Of a stretch of DNA of 19,127 nt, positions 11,441-19,127 are shown in pieces. The DNA lies in the NCBI GenBank assembly GCA_024626585.2, contig JANKJI020000002.1, positions 35,161,862 through 35,180,988 on the forward strand, written 5' to 3'. Position numbers and translations under genes: made by a program. The stretch is from Ginkgo biloba (lineage: Eukaryota; Plantae; Ginkgophyta). Below the pieces are notes generated by a model. That model was not told the DNA's origin and searched no databases. It worked only from the letters and a program-made list of their open reading frames with translations. The first letter of the stretch is position 1. Each line of letters begins with the position of its first letter.

Positions 11441-11478
11441 CTAACAATTTTATCCGCTTGAACCTAATTTCAAGCTGT
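11441..11478 (+). other. Candidate 38-nt cassette (poison) exon within the METTL5 intron
   Basis: Acceptor tctcttgtttcgcAG (ends 11440) and donor GTAAGT (11479-11484). In the METTL5 frame it reads LTILSA* with TGA at 11459-11461. Confidence 0.4.
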
Positions 11479-11757
11479 GTAAGTAGGATTTTAGCTCCTG
11501 GATTGTATAAGAGAAAAATATTCACTAATTAGTTGATAATTCAGAGGTGTCTACTACTTAGAAAACATCTTGCACTCAAAGATACTTTCTATGATTGCTT
11601 TGTGGTATTTATGATGCTACAATTAAAGGAATTTCATGTTTTTTTTTTTTTTTTCTACTTAGAATGTTGTTCAAGATGCGTCTTAAAATTTATCTGAAAA
11701 TCATGCTTAGCATTGTTAGCTGTTCTAAATTTCTAATAAACGATTCCCTTTGAATAG

Positions 11758-11817
11758 CATGTGAAACAGTCAGCCATTAGAGACTTGAATGCGAACACTG
11801 CTGAAGTCTTATGTGAG
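11758..11817 (+). CDS. METTL5: Next internal coding exon (60 nt, phase 0-0) of METTL5; encodes HVKQSAIRDLNANTAEVLCE
   Basis: Acceptor ttccctttgaatAG and donor GAG|GTATGA at 11818, with 20 open codons. It matches the plant METTL5 segment that directly follows STRE (approximately H(I/V)KRAALRDFNAKSAEV(I/L)CE, from memory). Confidence 0.9.
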
Positions 11818-13486
11818 GTATGAAAATTGTTTGTGTGTGGAAATGTTAAAACAAGCTACTAGAATTTTCTCACTATAATTAATAGCATGGTGTAAAGTGC
11901 AAATTTGAGGTTGTTGAATACCATTCTCAAAGTCTTGTCTTTACATCTAGTGTATCTATTGTTGTATCATCTTTCTAAAAATAATTACAATTTCAAGCTA
12001 GTATTTGCCATCTACTATGTTATTGAATTTAAATTATTATTTCTCTTCAATTCCTGTATTTCATGTTAATTCATATTGGGACATAAAAAAATAAAAAATC
12101 TAAGTGTTAGACTTATACACGTTACAATTTTGGTCCTTTGCATTTAATCCAAAAACTATAGTTGAAGTTCAAAAAGGTCATTGATCTCCTATGTTGGATA
12201 GGAGGGGAAAAATAGATTAAGAAATCTAGTTGTAGGTGCATAAAGACTAAGACAAATTCATTTAGTCATGCTATAAATAAAACCTTGCATACAAGCTCAC
12301 ATAAGAGAGTTAACACGATAATATGTGTAGAAAGAATCCTTGGTTATATACAATCTCTCTACATAGTAATACATAGTTGAAATTGAAGTTTGATTAGGCG
12401 CATATTGGAGAAGGGAGAACTTTTTCTTCCTATGGTTCAGTGTTTTGCTACTCTATGAGAACCATAAGCATGCCTTAGAATGTTTCTATGTAAATGGAGT
12501 GAAAAATAGAGGCCAAGGATGCCTTCTACAAGTCAAAAGTAAAAACATGAATCAAAACTTGCTCAAATGGTCATTCATNNNNNNNNNNNNNNNNNNNNNN
12601 NNNNNNNNNNNNNNNNNNNNNNNNNNNNNNNNNNNNNNNNNNNNNNNNNNNNNNNNNNNNNNNNNNNNNNNNNNNNNNNNNNNNNNNNNNNNNNNNNNNN
12701 NNNNNNNNNNNNNNNNNNNNNNNNNNNNNNNNNNNNNNNNNNNNNNNNNNNNNNNNNNNNNNNNNNNNNNNNNNNNNNNNNNNNNNNNNNNNNNNNNNNN
12801 NNNNNNNNNNNNNNNNNNNNNNNNNNNNNNNNNNNNNNNNNNNNNNNNNNNNNNNNNNNNNNNNNNNNNNNNNNNNNNNNNNNNNNNNNNNNNNNNNNNN
12901 NNNNNNNNNNNNNNNNNNNNNNNNNNNNNNNNNNNNNNNNNNNNNNNNNNNNNCATGGCAAGTAAAGTTATTTCATTTTCTAATGGTTGATCTTTTCTGA
13001 TGGAAAGCAAAACTCACCATTAGTGGGATTGAATCACCTTTTGGGAGGTTGACTCGGGTCCTACAATTTTGCCCACATCATAATGTTTAACTCTATTGTA
13101 ACTTTATTGTTGACTACATCCCAAGACAAGCCAACACCCTTAGACATCAATTCATGTGTGATGTGATCTGTCGGGCATCATTCTTTACTTATCTTTCAAC
13201 ACTTCACATCCATAGTTTCATTAATTACTTACATAATCATTGTATTTGTGTACCCAATGCCATATGATTCACTTGGCTAGCATTTAATTCCTTTGGGAGT
13301 TAATTAATCTTGAATTAGGTTATTTAGGATTGGTTAGTTTAATAATTGATTATCTCTTTGGATAAGGTTTACTAATCAAGGGACATTCTCGAGTAACCAT
13401 GGCAAGTGAATTCAAGAAGAAAGCTTGGATGTTGGAAGATATTTGAAAAGAATCAAATAAATTGAATTTAATAAATATCCAGATAT

Positions 13487-14389
13487 TGTAACAGTCTAGT
13501 CGTTTTCTCCTCGCTATAACATCCGAAAATTTCTTCTCACGATTCCCTCCGCAATTATCCTCGAAGAGAGTTCCAAATCACCTGTAGGGTTAGTACTTGC
13601 AGAGCAGGAGAATTCGGTCAAAGTAGAGAGAGTAGTTCGGTCAAAATCCCGTGGCAAAGAATATTTCAGTCAACAAGGTTGAGAATATTCTAGTCAAGCA
13701 AGGAATATTCTATCAACTTATCAAGGAATATTTTGGTCAAATTAGCAGAGAAGATCTCAATCAACAATAAGGAATATTCTGAGACAATAAGGAATATTCT
13801 AGTCAAACTAACAGCAGATAAGGTTCGGTCAACAATAGGGAATATTCTGGTCAAACAAGCAATAGAGAATAATAGGGAATATTTTGAACAACAGGGAATA
13901 TTCTAGTCAAACCCACAACAAAGAATATTCGGTCCAACAATTCTGCAATAAATGCAACAAGTTGTATGGTCAAATTAGTCATCAATAAATGCAGCAGGAG
14001 GTTGTACAATCAAGCAATAATTGCAGTATCACGCTGTACAATCAATAAGTCTACAATAAATGTAGCAGATTCAGTCAAATGGGCAAATCTGTTGTACGGT
14101 CAAAGGTAGTCAATTCAGCCTGCAATAAATGCAATCCAATTTGGTCAATCAAGGACTAATGTACGGTCAACTAGCAGGGTCGTACGATCAAGAGCAGAGT
14201 TGTACGACCAATTAGCAATAAATGCAGTCAAGTAGGAGAGAGAAATCGTTGATGAGGAATGATGTCAAAAGGGAGGTTGTATACCACTATTTATAAGTCC
14301 CAAAGGGACACGTGTACCTTAGGGCAGCTCCCTGAGTAGGCTTGCGCCCTTTCATAATGACTTTTTTGCCTAAAATATGGCGCTTAGGG
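13487..14389 (-). mobile_element. LTR fragment in antisense orientation (3' part), truncated by the gap
   Basis: TGTAACA terminus at 13487, an internal tandem-repeat region, and a minus-strand TATAAATA at 14288-14295 next to GC-richer U3-like sequence. Confidence 0.55.
13605..14230. repeat. Bipartite degenerate tandem-repeat array
   Basis: About 10 copies of rGAATATTy..gTCAA (13658-13937), then about 6 copies of CAATAAATGCA interleaved with TGTACGGTCAA-like units (13945-14230). Confidence 0.85.
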
Positions 14390-14583
14390 NNNNNNNNNNN
14401 NNNNNNNNNNNNNNNNNNNNNNNNNNNNNNNNNNNNNNNNNNNNNNNNNNNNNNNNNNNNNNNNNNNNNNNNNNNNNNNNNNNNNNNNNCGTTGAAGTTC
14501 TGAGGCATAAGGGTTGTTTGTGGTTACTTTTACAACCTTCGTTGACTTAGGAACAACTTCGTGCAAGGTGTATTACTCTGGGC

Positions 14584-14591
14584 TATAAATA
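14584..14591 (+). promoter_or_regulatory. TATA box, probably of another LTR fragment
   Basis: ggcTATAAATAgg, the usual plant LTR promoter context. The element boundaries cannot be resolved because of the gap. Confidence 0.4.
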
Positions 14592-15061
14592 GGTTCGGTC
14601 ATTCCCCATTTAATCATTAGTTATAATCTTTAACTTCTAGTTGTCTTCTACTTGGAAGAAGGGTGCTTTAGAAATAGGTATTTCCTCCATCTCCAGAACT
14701 GTGTTTTTGGATTCTCTTTGGAATTTTGATCACTTTTGACATTTTGACTAACAATGACTAGCACTCACTTTTTCTCCCTTAGCTTGTTGATGGCATTAAG
14801 CCATGTCTCACCATGTTGAGGTGGCATGTTGTAATGTTCAACTGAGATGGATCATGGGCCAATGTTGGGCTCAAGTTTGTCTCGATAGCCATTGTCAAAG
14901 TCAATTTTCTCCCATTAAAGAGTCCATTTTTACTATTTTTGCCAACTTCGTTGAATTATCCATTCATAGGGAGCATGTTTTTGTTGATATGTTGTGTGAT
15001 CCTAGTTCTCAATGGAATGAGGATTCATAAGTGTACAAGATTACTAGTTTTGCTATAGGTC

Positions 15062-15440
15062 TGTTGATAGTTGTTTTGAACAGTTACAAAAGTATGGCAG
15101 AACAATGATTGATCGTTCGTCCAAACGGCATTGATCGTTCGTCTATCGGCCATTGCTCGTTCGTCTAACAAACTTTCCTCGTTCATCAAGGATAACCACC
15201 GTTTGTCAAAAACTAAACGATTGTGTAGTACAAAGCTGTTAAACTGAGTATTAGCAAACATAATAAAAACAAATTTATTAGCAAATGAGGCACAACCCTT
15301 CATTTAAAAGGGGCGTCCTTCTATGTTGTAACCATTTGACATCTATATATGTTGTAAGACGAATCGTAGAATCATCTATCAATCAATGAAACAGTAATAC
15401 ATTTATCTCATTTCTGTGTGCAAGCGTGTATATTTCAACA
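15062..15440 (+). mobile_element. Solo-LTR-like element (379 bp)
   Basis: Perfect 6-bp inverted termini TGTTGA...TCAACA, an internal 22-bp tandem repeat, and TATA-like tctatatat near 15342. No PBS or PPT lies alongside, and the 5-bp flanks do not match (aggtc/gttat). Confidence 0.5.
15108..15187. repeat. 22-bp-period tandem repeat (3-4 copies)
   Basis: attgatcgttcgtc at 15108 and 15130, attgctcgttcgtc at 15152, and a degenerate fourth copy near 15175. Confidence 0.85.
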
Positions 15441-15848
15441 GTTATTTACTTATGTTCACTTTCTTTATGACTGTGCAATTATGATCTTTGTGTATGCATG
15501 TTCAATTAGTCAAAGTAGTTAGACTTCTATCCCCATATCTTATGANNNNNNNNNNNNNNNNNNNNNNNNNNNNNNNNNNNNNNNNNNNNNNNNNNNNNNN
15601 NNNNNNNNNNNNNNNNNNNNNTCATCGGGAATGGTGACTCATTGCTGGTATATTGTTTAGACCAGCAACAAATGCCTTGATTGGCACATTCTTAATGTGA
15701 CCATTCATCTAATAACCTTTATTAATCAACATTAGTTATTGACACAATGTTTAATCTACTAATTTAGGTTCATTACAATATTTAAAGTTAGATTTAGAGT
15801 TTTCTATAAAACCTCTAGATTAGGGTTTTCCCTTCATTGTGATTATCC

Positions 15849-16104
15849 CAAAGTCTTCAAGATTCATGGGTGTGGGTACTGGTACAAGTTCGAGTTTTAC
15901 ATTTTGAAAATTTGGGTTCGTAGGCACGAGTGCAACAATTTTGTTATTTTTTTAATCCCATAATTTTTAAGTCTATATTAGTGGTTTTGATCCCAAACAC
16001 AAACCCAAAAACCCAAATTGGGTTTGCGTACTCGGTTTGCAAACCCGATTCGAGTCTGCAACTCAAGAACCCACTTGGGTGGGTGTAAGAACCCAGTTAC
16101 TATG
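15849..16104. mobile_element. Degenerate hAT-type MITE (about 256 bp)
   Basis: Ends CAAAGT...ACTATG (5/6 inverted match), with gggt/gggttc motifs on the left arm and aaccc/gaaccc motifs on the right. The flanking 8-mers gattatcc and tattatgc match at 6/8, consistent with an aged 8-bp TSD. Confidence 0.55.
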
Positions 16105-16229
16105 TATTATGCACAATGTTATTGTAAGATTTTTCTAGAACAAGGATTTGAGAAGCAAGGAGAGACCATAGCACCCTCTTATTCCTTACTTTATTCTTTT
16201 GTGCATGTGTGTGAATCTATGTACTAGTT

Positions 16230-16688
16230 TGATGTCCATTGTGATTCATTAGATTGAGTGAGAAGATTCCAAAGTGTGACAGAATGTTGTATGCATCTGT
16301 CGCAGTTTGCATAAGTGAGAATTTTCCTTCACATTGCCATCAAATTTTCCTAATTTTTAGTTTTTGGCGAAAAGGGGGAAAGGTGTCATGTAGAGGGGGA
16401 AACCCACCACAAAGTTAGGAAAAGCCACCGTAAATTAGGGTGAACCTATTGTGAACGTGCAATCTGTTGTGTGTTTTCCCCAAAGAGTGAAAACATGAAA
16501 TTTTGCGAAGCAGGCCAATTCGATTTAGACAGTCTTGACAATGTTCGACCAAGCAAATCGAATAGGGGTTGTTGTGTACACAGATTTGACTCCAACTTCT
16601 TCTTTTGAGTGCACTTGAGAATTCTTTATTGCTTATGTTTACACAAAATTGTTTGTTGTGGAACAAGCCTCCACCTCAAGGCATATCA
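16230..16688 (+). mobile_element. 5' LTR of a Ty3/gypsy element (start position tentative)
   Basis: Ends ATATCA 2 nt before a PBS. The best matching start is TGATGT at 16230. TGATG...ATCA termini are typical of CRM-like chromoviruses. Confidence 0.6.
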
Positions 16689-16690
16689 AT

Positions 16691-16703
16691 TGGTACTAGA
16701 GCC
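16691..16703 (+). other. Primer binding site (tRNA-iMet type, degenerate)
   Basis: TGGTACTAGAGCC versus TGGTATCAGAGCC (11/13), placed between the LTR end and gag. Confidence 0.75.
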
Positions 16704-16807
16704 CTCTACCAGGTTCTTGAAAAATTTCCAATCCAATTATTTTCCTAATTTTCACTTTATTTTTCCTTGTATTTTTTTTTTGTGGTAATTTATAAAAAAT
16801 ACACGCC

Positions 16808-17795
16808 ATGCATTCTAAGCAAAAAAACATCATGGAGACCCAAATAGAAGACATTGAATCCTTGAAGCAGCAAATTGCAAAACTTCTACTAGAGACAAAA
16901 AAGGCAACACAATGACATCAAGACCTCTTGGAAATATATTTTTCTTTACAACACCATGTAAAAGGGTAGTAGGCATGAGAGTAAGCCTTCTTCCATCACT
17001 CCCAACCAACTAATCAAGATAGACACAGAGATAGAGTTGAGACCTTATGATGGTACCATTAATGCAGATCGAGTAGATGCACGGATCAGAGATTTGGAGG
17101 TCCACTTTGAGACCCAAGGTTAAAATAATGAGTAAAGATGCATATTTATGGAATTGAAGATGACCAAACATGGTCTTTTCTAGTGGGAAGCCCTATGCAT
17201 GAGAACAACCCATGCAAACAATCCTCATGTAAAATCATGGGAAGAAATGAAGAAGTTGATCCATGGAAAATTCTATCTTATGGACTACATAGAGCAATTG
17301 ACAAAGCGATGACAGTATCTTTGACAGATTGCAGGTCAATCAATGTAAGATTACATTAGTGAGTTCCACAAATTCAATATCAAACTAAGCATCGAGGAGG
17401 ATGTACTAGCCATCAAATTTATTGGTGGTTTGCTTTCATCATACCAATAGGAGTTGGATCTTATACCTGTTATGAGCCTCACTAAAGCATATAAATATGC
17501 TTCAAAAGTGGAAATGAAATTGCTTAGGCACAATACACCTAAATATCATTCTTCTTCATCCTTCTCTAATTTTCAAAAGAGTAAGTGTTCACTTCCACAT
17601 GCTTTTGCACAAAAGATTGATTCTAGACCTTCTAAAGGTAAGGGGCAAGGAAAAATAATAGATAAGGCCAAGTATTGTGATTATCATCGATGTTATGGGC
17701 ACACAAAAGAGGAGTGCTATTCTAATCCTAAGAATAAGGAGTTGAAGTTGAAGACCCTCTTGGTTCAAGAGGACGACGATGTTGTTGATTTTTAG
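16808..17795 (+). pseudogene. gag: Ty3/gypsy gag, disrupted
   Basis: IELRPYDGTINADRVDARIRDLEVHF is the capsid N-terminal motif, and CDYHRCYGHTKEEC (17676-17717) is a zinc-knuckle variant. There are multiple stops and frameshifts. Confidence 0.85.
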
Positions 17796-17854
17796 GAACA
17801 AAGATAGGTGGATAGATCTTTGATGCTAGTGAGCACCTTTATTTCATAGCTAGG

Positions 17855-18215
17855 ACGAGAGAAACTCTTTGTGCAAAGGGCCTAAGTTAAAGATCGTTTA
17901 GTATGCTTGATCTTTGATAACAAGAGTATGGAGAATCTTGTTTGATCATAGCTTATGTAGGATCTTCAACTACCCACACAACCACACCCTTCACCATATG
18001 AATTGGGTTGGGTCAAGACAAGTAGTGCAACCAATCATGTGGATCAATTTTGCACCATCAGATTTGCCATTCATTTTTCATTGACAAGGTCACATGTGAT
18101 GTAGAACCTATGTATTATTGTGACATGCTTCTTGGTTGACCACAACAGTATGATAGACATGTAGCTTACGACAATCAGGCCAACTATTATCTCCTTAAAA
18201 ATGAGGGGCACAATA
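17855..18215 (+). pseudogene. pol: Retrotransposon aspartic protease, CRM-like, disrupted
   Basis: REKLF..LIFDNKSMENLV (catalytic Asp at 17916), LPTQPHPSPYELGWV, and DKVTCDVEPMYYCDMLLG*PQQYDR. The HP.PY.L.W and CDV.PM..C..LLG.P...D motifs are characteristic of this clade. Confidence 0.85.
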
Positions 18216-18414
18216 ACTAACTACCTTCTTTAGGAGGATCAATTGAGTTGGTACCATCCAAGTAGGCCTAAAAGCTTGCTAATAGTGAACAATAGTTCAC
18301 TTTGTTGTTGCTATGACCACAGGTTGATAGGGAAAATTGTCTTTCTAGCATGCAGGTTATAGAAACTCCTAATTAGCATCCTGACTTGATATCTTTGTTG
18401 GACTCATGTTTTTA

Positions 18415-19080
18415 TGTGTTTGAGGATCCTAAGGGGATTTTACCTTCTAAATGGATTGAGCATACTATCACCCTACTTCTTACCACCATTCTTCCTAATG
18501 GACATGTTTATAAAACCTCTCAATTTGAGTCACTCGAGTTGAAGGGGAAACTTTAGTTGATTGATGATGATCAAATTCAACCTAGTTTTATTCTTATGTG
18601 GTTCACCAAATAATTCTAATCCTAAATAAGGATAAGATATGATTATCGAGAATTGAATAAAATCATAGTGAAAATTAGGTATCCATTTTCATGTATCAAT
18701 GAGTTTCTTAAATAGTGACGAGGTCCAAGTATTTCTCTAATATTAATTTTAAACCTATCCATTATGAAGTTATAATAAAGTGAGAGGACACTTGAAAGGA
18801 GTTATTCAAGACATGTTTTATTTTGTATAAGTGGATGGTCATATTTTTTGTATTAACTAATACACCAACTACTTGCATGCAAATGATAAATTCCATCTTA
18901 AGGCCCTCCTTAAACACATTTTTAGTGGTATACCTTTATGATATTCTCATTTACAATACATCTTAGATAAATAATCATGAGCATGTGAGAGTAGTTTTAG
19001 AGTAGTTGCACATTCATGGCTTTTATGCCAACATGGACAAATGTGAATTTATTTAAACTTAAATGCATTGCCTTAGTTTT
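18415..19080 (+). pseudogene. pol: Ty3/gypsy reverse transcriptase, heavily decayed
   Basis: VFEDPKGILP..IEHTI, DYRELNKIIVKIRYP, YKWMV.FF.LTNTPTT, YLYDILIY (decayed YLDD at 18931-18942), and HEHVRVVL..L...GFYANMDKCEF. The order gag-PR-RT indicates Ty3/gypsy. Confidence 0.92.
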
Positions 19081-19127
19081 CTAAAAGTATTAAACTCTTA
19101 ACTTAGTCTTTATCATAGTAAAGGTCA

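Larger units (their letters stand above)
543..11757 (+). other. Very long GT-AG intron of METTL5 (about 11.2 kb as assembled), filled with TE relics
   Basis: GTAAGT donor at 543, branch-like TTCTAAT at 11731-11737, and TAG acceptor ending 11757. Splicing gives ...KTSTRE|HVKQSAIRD..., collinear with METTL5. The intron spans 8 gaps, so its true length is unknown. Confidence 0.8.

Noticed and set aside
11441-11677. Reading 11441-11478 (xNNFIRLNLISSC) plus 11663-11677 (NVVQD) as constitutive coding exons
   Set aside because: It needs a phase-1 entry and a poor GC donor, and METTL5 homology is continuous from STRE to HVKQ without them. They are kept only as unproductive-splicing candidates.
12395-12578. 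Possible exon (acceptor at 12440) or LINE fragment (HIGEGRTF..)
   Set aside because: Phase-0 reading stops after 5 codons, it does not match the next METTL5 exon, and the LINE similarity is too weak to call.
3847-13010. Long ORFs in the track that contain X runs (e.g. 3847-4716, 8049-9132, 12445-13010)
   Set aside because: They are artefacts of translating through N gaps.
13605-14230. Repeat array as a possible CRISPR
   Set aside because: Units are degenerate with irregular short spacing and no unique spacers, there are no cas genes, and the context is eukaryotic.
14765-15030. Acceptor-like tttttctcccttAG and a 75-aa ORF as the missing last METTL5 exon
   Set aside because: The translation lacks the expected LRYD.P..YKFH motif.
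15819-15832. Telomere-like TTAGGGTTTT
   Set aside because: It is a single copy and such motifs are common in plant repeats, so this is not an interstitial telomeric array.

Overview
This is eukaryotic, plant-type genomic DNA from a fragmented scaffold with 11 N-gaps, 7 of them exactly 100 N and so probably of unknown size. The TE families, heavy C>T/G>A decay and very long introns suggest a large-genome plant such as a gymnosperm; that assignment is inference. The main result is absent from the ORF track: two short + strand exons, 495-542 (VSTGVVYSLHKTSTRE) and 11758-11817 (HVKQSAIRDLNANTAEVLCE), join in frame to give the conserved C-terminal part of METTL5, the 18S rRNA m6A methyltransferase. 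The rest of the window is intron: about 11.2 kb as assembled between the two exons, and probably all of the 7.3 kb after the second. The introns hold decayed TEs: a chromovirus integrase/chromodomain with an LTR, a CRM-like Ty3/gypsy LTR-PBS-gag-PR-RT, an hAT transposase relic and hAT-like MITE ends, a probable L1 LINE 3' end, several LTR fragments with internal tandem repeats, and an unidentified spliced antisense pseudogene. Just upstream of the second exon are a candidate 38-nt poison cassette exon and a strong alternative acceptor, both introducing premature stops. These are the best candidate for an undescribed regulatory mechanism. No intact long ORF, RNA gene or CRISPR array is present.
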